In this document: positions 1 to 11,046 of the stretch, in pieces | Layout of the letters: every line of letters begins with the position of its first letter | Numbering within the stretch: position 1 is the stretch's first letter | Source of the DNA: Azolla caroliniana | Lineage: Eukaryota; Plantae; Polypodiophyta | NCBI GenBank assembly: GCA_043228905.1 | Contig: JBHGNT010000010.1 | Location: 19,096,001 to 19,160,000, forward strand | Direction of reading: 5' to 3' | DNA: 64,000 nt | Translations under genes and position numbers: made by a program | Notes under the pieces: model-generated | The model's input: only the letters and a program-made list of their open reading frames with translations | The model's database searches: none | What the model was told of the DNA's origin: nothing

Positions 1-134
1 CATTAGGGGCGGGTGGCATTGGTAGCGTGATAGGAATATGTATGTAATTTGTGAGCCCTTAGGGTGGGGTCGGGGTGGGCGGGCGGGTAGCGGGCTTTTT
101 CGTTCTTTCGTCTCGTTTTTCTTGAGTCCATATT

Positions 135-720
135 CTGTCTCTCGTTCTGTCTGTCTGTCTGTCTGTCTGTCTCATATTTGCTCTGTTTGTGTGTGTGTGT
201 GTGTGTGTGTGGGGGTCTTCGTTGATTTGATTTAGGTCATCATTTCCTTCATTTTGGTGTTTTGTTTTGGTTCTTCTTTTTCTTCTTTTTCTTCTTCTTC
301 TATACCCTTCTTTCTTCCCTTTCCTCTCCTTTTTCTGAAGAAACCCCGCGCAGGAACCGCAGCAGCAGCAGCAGCAGCAAAGCAGTCACGCAAGCAGAGG
401 GAAGAATCACCTCTGTCTTTTCTTTTTTTGCTTGCTTTGCCGCGTACCTCCCTCCTTCCTTCAACACAGCTTCCGCAGCAGCAGTCAGGTAAATCATTCT
501 TTCTCTCTCTCTCTCTCTCCATGCTTTCCTCTTCCCACAGTCTTTCTTTCTCCTCCTCCTCCTCCTCTTCTAAAGAAGAGAACTGTCTTTACGCTCCTTG
601 AGAACATATCTTTCTCCTCTGCATAGCTGCAGCACAAGGTAAACGTCGCTTCTTTCCTGTCTTGCTTCTTGCTTCTTGCTTCTTCTTGCTTCTTCTTCTT
701 CTTCTTCGGAAGAGAACTGT
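135..720. repeat. Microsatellite-rich putative 5' leader of the SCL gene: (CTGT)n, (GT)n, (GCA)n, (CT)n, (CTT)n
   Basis: Simple repeats directly visible. Donor-like sites CAG|GTAAAT (~488), AAG|GTAAAC (~638) and AAG|GTAAGT (~832) suggest untranslated exons. Confidence 0.7.
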
Positions 721-1900
721 CTTTTAGCTCGTCGAGAACATTTCTCTTCCTCCCATCGTCAGTTTCTTCTCAAGAGAAGAACTGTCTTTGCGTTCGTCGA
801 GAAACTTTCTCTTCGACGCTCTTTCAGCAGAAGGTAAGTATTTGTTCCGTTTCTTCTTTCTTCTTCTTCATCTTTTCTTGCATTTGCAAATCGTACTCTT
901 AATTTTGTCATCTATTATGCGTATATATGTCTGCAATTTAGTTTTTACACAATATACTAGTGCAAGTAGAAGATATTTTCTCTCCTATGAACTGTATAGA
1001 TACATATGTGAAAATGATATATTCTTGCAAATAGCCTTTAATATGCGTAGGTATGTATGTAGACTTCTAGTTTTTACACCATATATCTTCTCGAGATCTC
1101 ACATTTTGTGCGGATAATCTTTGTCTGTACAAATCTAGGTCTTACACTATATCTTCTCGCAAGTATCTGTAATTTGAACCATATAATGTGTTTATATATT
1201 CGTGAAACTCTCAGTTTTACACCATAGTTGATTGCAAATAATTTAGTTTTTGTCACATTTTTTTCATATATTTGTACAAATTTGGATTTCACATCACATG
1301 TTCTTGAGAATAGTTGCATTTTGTAATAAATGATTTGTATATTATGATTTTAGTCGTGAATAGTTTAATTCTGTAATATTTGATTTTAGGCATGAATAGC
1401 CATTTATGTCTCTTACTATTTCTGTTAATTTTAGCAGCAGTTGTCTTCATTTTTGTTATTTGGAAATCTCACATGGATCGTCCAGAAAATACTGTCAAAA
1501 AGGATAATGACGTTAAATATTTTTCAGTAAATTTTATGCCTTCTACTCATCAACGAAAGCAAAATGCAGTTATAATGCCGTGAAAAATGCAGAAGAAACT
1601 GGATCATAACAATAAATATTTAATGCAGTTGGCAGGCATATGTATATTTTTACATAAATGTTTCGCCAATACCCCTTAAGGATAAATAGAGGCAAAGCCT
1701 TGAGTCTTTTTTGTTAGTATTATTCAATTCTATCAAGTTTTAACATCTCATACTTCCAGGAAATTATTTTGAATGTCATAGATTGTTAAGACACTAGAAC
1801 ATTCTTGGACTTGTTTGTATTAGCACTAACTTTTATAGTATAAGCTTGTTTGTTAGGAGAGTAGTCTTAACTTGCTAGTGATTTTATTTTCTTCTTAGAC

Positions 1901-4900
1901 ATGAGGCGACGGAGTCCTAGTTATAGCCCTCCCAGAAGGGGTTATGGTGGAAGGGAGAGGAGCCCTCCACGAGGGCGATATGGAGGATACAAAGATGCCT
2001 CATGTGGTCTTCTTGTTCGCAATATTCCAAAAGGCAGCAGGTGTGTTAAATATCAAATCAAGCAACTTAATCTACAAGTTCTGTTATTGATGTATCTAAT
2101 TTTGTTACCGTCCATTTGCTTGAATTTTCAGACCTGAAGATTTACGTGTGCCATTTGAGCAGTTTGGTCGTGTCAGAGATGTATACCTTCCACGAGATTA
2201 CTATTCAGGGTAAGTAAGCACGTGATATTGAGTTGATTCTGGCTCATGGCTAGAGTAGCAGTGGTGTTCCTCAAGACATGGTGCACAAACATGGTCTCTC
2301 TTGTGATCAAGATCACCAAAAGATGTGAATTGTTTGTAATGGATTTCCTGTTGTGGTGCATGAATTTAGACCATTCTTGTAGTTATGAACGAGAGTCAGA
2401 TATGAATACTTTGACAGGAAGAATATTATTTGTTTCATCTTTTGGGATTTTAATTGTATGAAGTTAGTGTTGGATGCCCTCCTTTATGCATTTCAGGACA
2501 AGTAGCTAGGTTGGACCCTGACTATAGAACCTTTCACTACTCTTCCCTCTATCATACTTTATCACCTAACTTTGTGGCTTCTTTGAGGCTGTAGATTTGT
2601 TTTTCAAAGAAAAAATTTCGAGTGGCCTCAAGAGTTAAAGACTTGAAGAGAAGTTAAGGTGAAGATACTTCCATTTCAACTGAACTGTGCCGGATGCTTA
2701 AAGAGACGATGTATAAAGTGGAGCAAAGTTTAGTTCAACTGCTTATTTTCTCTATTGAAGTGAAGACTGTGAAGTTCTTTAAGTTTAATTGAAGTGAAGA
2801 TTATGAAGTGGAACAATTATTGATTTCATGGCAAGGTTAGCAATCCAAGGGCTTGATTTCTTCTGTATGTGACGCGTATTATTTGGTATGTGGGTAAAGA
2901 TTATTTGAGTCATATTGCCAACAATGTTTTTTTTACTAGACCCTTGCAGATTCTTTCTTCCATCATTTTTATGATGAGTTCCTGACGTTGAATTCTATGT
3001 TGTAATTGCTCTAACATATTGTTGTCTCTATTTTTGTGTGGATTTTGATCTCAAAACACATGCAGGGAGCCTCGAGGGTTTGGTTTTGTACAGTATCTGA
3101 ACCCTTTTGACGCTGCTGAAGCAAAGAAGTACATGGATAGGAGAATGTTTAACGGTCGGGAAATCACAGTTGTATTTGCAGAAGAAAATCGAAAGAAACC
3201 TGAAGAGATGCGAGTGAAAGAACGAGGAAGGTATGTCTTTTGAGTCTTGTATACTTGAACAATGTGTAAGATGGCCTTTTAATTTTATTAATGATAATTC
3301 ATTTTGGTTGTAGGGGCCGAACAAGCTATGGTAGTAGGAGATCACCTAATCGGGGTAATAATTTATTTTATTGAATTTATCTATTCCATTTGGGTTGTGA
3401 GTTTGCAACTTCCCATTATCCTACAATTCCACCTGTTTTCAGGCTACACACCTTCACGCTCTCCTCCTCGCCATCGTTCCCCATCTCCTCGAAAAGGGCG
3501 TTATTCAAGGTCTTTGACTAGTTTGAATTCAAAGATTTAACAATGTCAACTGATTTGAATATATGATCATCTGTCTGTTGTTGTTCTGTTTAAATGGCTT
3601 GATCAGGTCAAATGAGGACTCATCTAGAAGAGAGAGATATGAATCAATGTCACCTCCACCCCGAGGGAGAGGACAATTGTCTAGATCTCCAGATGAACAT
3701 GAGCGGGAGAGAGAACAACAGTCTCCTGATGATATTCCAGAAGCATCCCCAACAAGGAATGGACAGGGGAAAATGGAAAGGAAACGTGGAAGACGGTCTG
3801 AATCTGCTGAACGGTCATATTCTCCAAGACCAAAGGATGGGCTAGCAAAGTCTCCAAGCAAACAGAACAGGTTGCGGTATGTTTTTTAATAACTCTAATG
3901 TCAAATTCGACAATTTCTCCTTTTTGAGTTCGTAGCTCTATAGTTTTTATATTTTCTCCTTTTTAAGCTCATAACTTTATATCACTATGTTTGCTCCCAT
4001 TTTTGTCTATCTAACTCTGCATTACAATGTGTACTCCTTTTGTAAATTCATAACTCTATATTACAATGTTTGTCTTAAGATCACAAGTCTACATTACAAT
4101 GTTTGCATTTTTTTTGAGTTCATATCTGTATATACTGTTATCCATTTTAAAGTTCATAGCTTGACATTCCAAAGTTTGCTTGTTGTTTTAAGTTCACTAC
4201 TCTTACCTTATATTCTGCTCCTGTTTTCTTAACATCACAAGTCTACATTACAATGTTTGCTTCTTTTTTGAGTTTGTATCTCTACATACCTTTGCCCCTA
4301 CTTAAGTGTTGACATCACAAAGTTTGCTAATTGTTTTTAGTTCACTACTCCTGTTTATGCAAACACATATTGCAGATCTCCATCTCCATCTCCTCCACCA
4401 CAGTCTCAACGGTATTCAAGGTCAAGGTCAAAGTCATGGAGAGAATCAAGGTCTCCGAGCTCTCGTTCTCCACCTCCAAGGCGTCAAAGGCAATCAGGGC
4501 ACTCTAGGGATTTAGCAAACCCAGGACCGAAGTCTTATTCAAGTAGGGCATCTGAAGAAGAAAGGTATTGACGGATCATTTGTTACTTGAGAACCTTATG
4601 TGTAAATAATGGGAAAAGCTATTATTTATTCCTCTAATTGCATATGTTTATGTCTTTTCCTTAAATGTCCGTGGTCAAGAACTCCTGGACGAGCAATAAG
4701 AATGTTTGTTAATGAGGAAAAACTTGGATATCCAAAGTTTTTCTTTATTCTTACAAATTTCCCTGAATTTTTGATGATTCTTGGAATGCTTATGGTCAGC
4801 CCTGTGAAAGGCAATAAATAGTATGTGCTATTATGTCATCAATTCATTCCCTCATCAATTACATGTGCTATTTTGATCAATTATAGGATCTATTTTTTGG

Positions 4901-5047
4901 TTTGAACAAGGGCATGTGGGTAAATAATTTTACCTTGGGGCATTTTAGAGTTTCTCCTAGTTTTTAAATGAATTACTAACTTTGAACTTTATTTCTGTAT
5001 CTTTGTTAAGAAGGTCATTGCGAGGAGAGTCTCAATCGCCACAGTGA
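1901..5047 (+). CDS. SCL30: SC35-like (SCL subfamily) serine/arginine-rich splicing factor, RRM + RS domain
   Basis: GT-AG exons in consistent phase: 1901-2040, 2132-2209, 3066-3230, 3314-3354, 3443-3509, 3607-3870, 4376-4564, ~5011-5047. Protein MRRRSPSYSPPRRGYGG...LLVRNIP..RPEDLRVPFEQFGRVRDVYLPRDYYSGEPRGFGFVQY...GREITVVFAEENRKKPEEMR is the SCL RRM signature, followed by an SP/RS-rich tail. The last exon and the SCL30 paralogue label are less certain. Confidence 0.9.
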
Positions 5048-5903
5048 TAAAATTAAATCATGAAGAGAGTACCTCTACCTCTGTTCGGTCCTCAAGATAA
5101 ATCTTTAGAGCTAAACTACTCTTGGTATCCATTTTATTTGAGATATCAAGCTACAAACAACCAGAATGATACTAAGCAATAGAGAATTGTATCAGTTCTC
5201 TAATTTTGTTTTATTCGTCTTTGTTGTCTTGACTTCAAACAAAGCATTTAGTTTGTGGAGATTGAAAATGCTTGGATCAGCTGAAACTCTGTAGTTTTTT
5301 GTGATGGTCTTTTTTACTAGTGCTCTTTCAAATATCATTTGTCCTGAAGTTGGTTTGTATGCCTCATTCATTGTGTTCTTGAAGATTTTGTGATATTTTT
5401 TTGCTTGTGAACAGAATAGTGATATTTTCATACGATTGAGTTGCTAATGTTGTTTGAGTAATTGTCCTTGTCCATGAATAACGATGGGACAGAATGGCTA
5501 ATTGAAAACTATTTTCTGTTTTGGTCACGAGTGTTATATGCCAATACCATGGTGTGAAGCTATTAAATATTATGAATGATGCAGTTATAATTGATAAAGG
5601 AGGTGTGAGGACACGAAACATGAAGGAGCTTGTGAGTGAGTTTGTGATGGACACTTATCTTGTAATTCGAATATGGTGGCACTTATCAGTGGTTCAGAAA
5701 CAAAATTTGGGTACTTTGTTTGGATACCTGGACATATCTCCTTATTTATATGAGTGATTCCCCCCAAGTATCAGTGCTGTAACTTGCAGTATTACTCATG
5801 TAATGTGATAGTGAATTTGGAAAGGCAGAAATATTGAGTAAATTATTAGTAGTGGAGATTATCTATTAACTGTTGTATGGAAGCTTCCTATATCAAACTG
5901 GTG

Positions 5904-6340
5904 TTGGTTCAATTCCCGTTTGCTACCATATAGTGCTCATGACACCATATTGTAGCAAACGGGAATTGAACCAATGTAGGAAAGGCTAGATAACTCATCT
6001 AATAAGCTATATTTAGAGGCTTATAATGTCAATGCTGGTAAACGGGAACTGAACCAATGTAGCCAAGGCTAAATAACTAATCTAATAAGGGTTATTTAGA
6101 AGCTATAATGTCATAGCTGCTTATGATGGTAAATGCTGCTCATGACACCATATGATAACAAACGGGAATTGAACCAATGTAAGAAATGCTAGATAACTCA
6201 TCCAATAAGCTATATTTAGAGGTTTATAATGTCAATGCTGGTAAACTGGAACTGAACCAATGTAGCCAAGGCTAGATAACTAATCTAATAAGGTTTATGT
6301 AGAAGCTATAATGTCATAGCTGCTTATGATGGTAAATGTC
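5904..6340. repeat. Fold-back hairpin followed by a ~200-bp tandem duplication built from related subunits
   Basis: The AAACGGGAA(T/C)TGAACCAATGT unit recurs at ~5957, 6040, 6160 and 6243. An inverted copy lies at 5904-5926. Confidence 0.85.
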
Positions 6341-6595
6341 TATGGTTATGTGGGTGGGAATGGGGGAAAATTATCCCATGCAAGTAAAGAGGATACGATC
6401 TATACCCTTTGCTTTACGTTTATAGACAAATTTGGTGTGAAGTTGATGAGGATTGAATAAGTTATTTATATTATTGTTCAAAAAAGCAAAGGAAATTTCA
6501 ATCATAGAGTCGAGTAATTGCTAGTTAGGTATTATATGTAGTCGGGCTCTAGTTCACTATCCTTTCTTCTAGCTTTTGATTTTATGAATAGTGAG

Positions 6596-6802
6596 AATCT
6601 AGAAATGTATTGAATTGGTCAATCCTAAAATACAAACAGCACTTACAATGTTTGTTCAGGATGCTTAATACCACCAAAGAAGTGCAAGTATATGCTTCAG
6701 GATTCTAATCTAGAAATGTATTTAATTGATCAATGCTAAAATACAAACAGCACTTACAATGTTTGTTCGTACCACCAAAGAAGTGCAAGTATATGCTTCA
6801 GG
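6596..6802. repeat. ~110-bp direct tandem duplication
   Basis: AATCTAGAAATGTATT...TACAAACAGCACTTACAATGTTTGTTC...ACCACCAAAGAAGTGCAAGTATATGCTTCAGG occurs twice. Confidence 0.85.
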
Positions 6803-8103
6803 TCTTATTTGACGAGATAAATTAAATCTTCATCTGCAAGTTTCTTGAATATAACTCCATGATTGTAAATTATAGCTCAACGCTTATGAAACAATAGTCT
6901 GCCACACACTTCACATCATATATCAAAACTTTAAAAATTACGTTATTAATCTCAAGATTTATGCTTTAGAAAGGAAATCTAAACTGCTGAAAATACATGT
7001 ATTTTTATATTAACACTGAAAGAAATTTATTACTCTATCTTGTGTTGTGCAGTGTTCATACAAATATATTGCATTATTAAATGTTGACCTATCCAATGGT
7101 AATATGTTTTGTTGCTTATATTTTTGAAAAGATCTACATAATACATAAGAAATATAAGGTGTTTGTTAGTTGTACCAAACTTCATAATTATACCTTGAAT
7201 CGCAACTTCAATCCAGAACTTGAGAAAAATGAAATAGTTATTCTCCATTTATGGAAAATAAGGGTATTTGTGGAGGTAATGCGGTTCCTTTCCTCTAGTT
7301 TTCATCTTTATATGCTCATGCTTTTATTTCAGTACTTAAGCTCACATGCACGTAGTTTCTACATCTCTCACATTCATGTGCCATGAATGTGTTCTTGTAG
7401 TGTTTAGCATTAGCTCTGGTTTCCATAGCTCAATCAACTTCTTGTATATATTTTGAACAACATAAGTTGCATGTCTTGAACTTCAAGAGAGTAGTTAAAA
7501 CCAAAACTCCTCCAAAATCTTGTGCCAAGCATTATTGGAATTACTTAAAGAATATAACTTACTATAGGAGACCAAAATAATGGTTTCTTTCATGTGCTTG
7601 GTTTATGTCAAATTGGCTCAATACTCCATCTACTCCAATAGTCCAGTGTGCATTAAGTTATAATGGGGGAAAAACTAAATAAGCCTCATCTTGAAGTCAA
7701 AACAGGTTGACCTTGTAATAATCTTTTATAGAAAGGTAATCTATATGAGATCAGCGTTTTGTGTTAGGTACCCCATGGATAGATACTCCCATAGATTATT
7801 TGAAATAAACAAGCAGGAGTCAGGTAGTAGCTAGGAGTAATACCCTCAAACTTGTGCTGACATATCTCAAACTTGGGTTGTACATTAATATAGAAAGGAA
7901 TATTCCCCTGCAAACATGGTTCCCAAGTTCCAACACATACTATACTTCCGCACTACCTTGGAGCACCATCTTCAATCCTTACGATTTTTGTGTGCTGTAG
8001 AAGGTGAAGCTATATATAGTTTGTATCGATGTTTCAAACAAATGCCACCCTCCCAAGCACCAAAATAGAGCAAACCATTTTCTATCAGCATCAGTGAGAA
8101 TAA

Positions 8104-9777
8104 TTATACTGAAATCTCATTTGTGAATCTGCTTGCCATGTCTATTGATCCACATGCCTTCAAAATTCCACTGAATGTGACTGAATTTGGAGGAACACCC
8201 TCACTTTGCATTTGATTAAAGCATTTCAATGCGTCATAACCATTCCCTTGTTTGGCATACCCAGCAACTAGTGCATTCCAAGAGACCACGTCTCGACAAT
8301 GAAGCTTTTTATGCACCACTCTTGCAGTGCCAAGCATATCACATTTTACATACATATCCACCAACGCAGTGCCAAGCACAATATCCTTCTTCAGTAAGCC
8401 CCTTATCAATATCTCATTATGAATTCTTTCTGCCTTATCTATGTTACCGATGTGTCCACATGCCTTCAAAACACAAACAAATGCAATATTATCTGGAGAG
8501 AGGTCCTCACTCTTCATTTGTTCAAAACAATCCAATGCTTGGCCACATTGTCCTTGTTGAGCATATCCAGAGATTAGTGTACACCATGAAACAACATCCC
8601 GAACAGGAAGCTCTTTGAGAACTTTATGTGCTTTTTCAAGCATACCACATTTGGCATACATATCCACCAAAGCATTACCAAGCACAATATCCCTCTCTAA
8701 TAAACCCATCCTCAAAACCTCATCATGAATCTTTCGGCCCTTGTGTATAGCTCCAATGCTTGCACATGCCTTCAGGATGCAAGTAAAAGTGATCGCATTG
8801 GGCGAAAGACCTTCGTTTTGCATTCTTTCAAAACAATTCAATGCTTGGTGGAATGCCCCTTGTTGGACATAACCAGCAATTAATGCTGACCAAGCAATTA
8901 CATTTTGAACTGGAAGACCGTCAAGAACTTGTTGAGCTTTTGTGGGAATGCCACATTTAACATACATATCGACCAATGCGATGCTGAGAGTGGTATAGTT
9001 CTTACCCAACAAGCCTCGGTTTGAAATTTCTTCATGAATTTTCTCGCCCTTTTTTATGGCTCCAATACTACCACATGCTTTTAATATGCAAACAAAGGTG
9101 ATTGCATTCGGAGCATGACCATCATTTCTTAGCTCTTCAAGACATTCTAGAGCTTCATAGAAACGTCCTACCTGAACATATCCTGCAATAAGGGCAGACC
9201 AACTGACAACATTTCGATGCAAAATTTCATCTTTGAGAACTCTTTTGGCATTTTCGAGAAGCTCACATTTGGCATACATATCAACCAAGGCTGTTCCAAG
9301 ATCAATATCTTTCAATACAAAGCCTCTATTTACAACCTGAATATGGGCTTGTTTTCCCTTATGCATGTCTCCTATGATACCACATACATTCAAGAAGCAT
9401 GTAAAGGCAACCGCATCTGGTGATATGCATTCGATTTGCATTCTTTGAAAGCAGGAGAGAGCTTCATGGCCTTGTCTTTGTTGAGAATAGCCCGTTATCA
9501 GTGCAGACCAACATACCACGTCTCTTACAGAAAGCTCTTCGAGCAGTTGTTTTGCTTTGGAAATCATGCCACATTTTGCATACACATTGATCAGAATTGT
9601 GGCTATATAAGGATTCTGACCAAGAAAACCTGCTCTGAGAAGATCAGCATGCAGGCGAGAGCCTGTATTGAGATCCTTCTTCTTTGCGCAGCTTTTGAGT
9701 AAGGATAGAATGGAAGAAAGTTGCTTACCATTTGCTGTGTAAAGGTCATGGTTTGCCATTTGTGGGGATGATGCCAT
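8104..9777 (-). CDS. PLS-class pentatricopeptide repeat protein, C-terminally truncated (no E/DYW domain)
   Basis: 557-aa intronless ORF with repeated P-L-S triplets (ALVDMYAKCG, DVVSWxALIxGY, PNAITFxCILKACG). Confidence 0.88.
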   Translation of the reverse strand: MASSPQMANHDLYTANGKQLSSILSLLKSCAKKKDLNTGSRLHADLLRAGFLGQNPYIATILINVYAKCGMISKAKQLLEELSVRDVVCWSALITGYSQQRQGHEALSCFQRMQIECISPDAVAFTCFLNVCGIIGDMHKGKQAHIQVVNRGFVLKDIDLGTALVDMYAKCELLENAKRVLKDEILHRNVVSWSALIAGYVQVGRFYEALECLEELRNDGHAPNAITFVCILKACGSIGAIKKGEKIHEEISNRGLLGKNYTTLSIALVDMYVKCGIPTKAQQVLDGLPVQNVIAWSALIAGYVQQGAFHQALNCFERMQNEGLSPNAITFTCILKACASIGAIHKGRKIHDEVLRMGLLERDIVLGNALVDMYAKCGMLEKAHKVLKELPVRDVVSWCTLISGYAQQGQCGQALDCFEQMKSEDLSPDNIAFVCVLKACGHIGNIDKAERIHNEILIRGLLKKDIVLGTALVDMYVKCDMLGTARVVHKKLHCRDVVSWNALVAGYAKQGNGYDALKCFNQMQSEGVPPNSVTFSGILKACGSIDMASRFTNEISV

Positions 9778-11046
9778 AGCTGGTCTTTCCCATTTGTGGG
9801 GATACTACTCAGGGTCACTGCAAGTCATTCATCATGCACCATCACCACCACCACCATGATCATCACCATCAAGCAGCATGCGTGCATGCACCATGCAACA
9901 GGCATCATCCTCATCCTCATCCTCCTCAGAGTCCATGGGAGTAGTTCCTATTTTACTGTGAAGGGCATATGCTGATATTTCTTAAAACCACTGAAGGGGC
10001 AGTTTCGGTATTACCCATATAATACATGGATAAATCCTGTGCTTCATTGAAAAGCTATAGAGTGTGATGCCCCTTCGCCATTTAAGCCGTGGGCCTTGGA
10101 AACTCATTTAGACCTCTTGCCTATCTAGGCCATTGACTTGACTCACATAGTGAATCACGTTCTTCTTGAAAGCTAAATAGCGGTTCTCAAATTTGTCCTC
10201 ATGTAAATGTCAAGTACGTCAGAGGTAAAAATGTGGTTCACACCTTTTGCCTATAGGATTGAGTTCATGTAAAGGCCTTTGTGGTAAATATCATCAAATG
10301 AACATGCTAGTCTAGATTGATGGAGACATGAGTTGCAATGCCCACAGCAATAGGGATTAATTTTGATTGTGCAATTTAATGTTTCACTATGCGGTAGTTC
10401 CTCAAAATCTAATTAGTCATTCCATTTAACTTCCATTTGATCCAATAGTACATAGCCTACGATCAAAGTATTTCTACAAGAATCTTTGTCTTGTTATTGA
10501 TTCTGCCATTCAACAATGGAGATTTTGCTCACATGGGGTTAATTGAATTGGCCATCACAAAATTCTTGTCAAGTTCTATATAACTATGTTTTAAGGGATT
10601 TTTTGTGGCACCAGAAATGTCAAAATCAAAGGACATCACAGATATTGAAGCGCAATCATCGCGTTACATTAATTCCCACTCATGAGAGTGCTTGACCTCA
10701 TGAGCACAATTATTTTACTATATTATCCCTATGATGCTCTTTGGAATTCATGATCCTCCATCTTATTACTAGACAAGCTAAGTGTGGATATTTTTAGAAT
10801 GTTAGCATTCTTAAATATTTGGCAAGCATGTGTATAAATAATTTACTGACCATATATGTCAAATAATTTGATACATTCCTACAAATTTGGTATCTCTTAT
10901 CCCATTACTTCCTGCATGAAATAGAAACCTATACTGAACTCTGCAAGCCTTGCTTGAAAAGAGTGCATGTGCCTAGAGGACTAGAATTACTATTATTGTT
11001 GTACCTTACATGCCAAACTCCCCCATGGGAATCACCATAATCATCT

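Noticed and set aside
38-902. Several 60-115 aa ORFs on both strands
   Set aside because: They are translations of microsatellites in the SCL leader, with no domain content.
5904-6340. CRISPR-like appearance of regularly recurring motifs (also 60490-61600)
   Set aside because: The intervening sequences are themselves repeated rather than unique spacers, the context is eukaryotic, and there are no cas genes.
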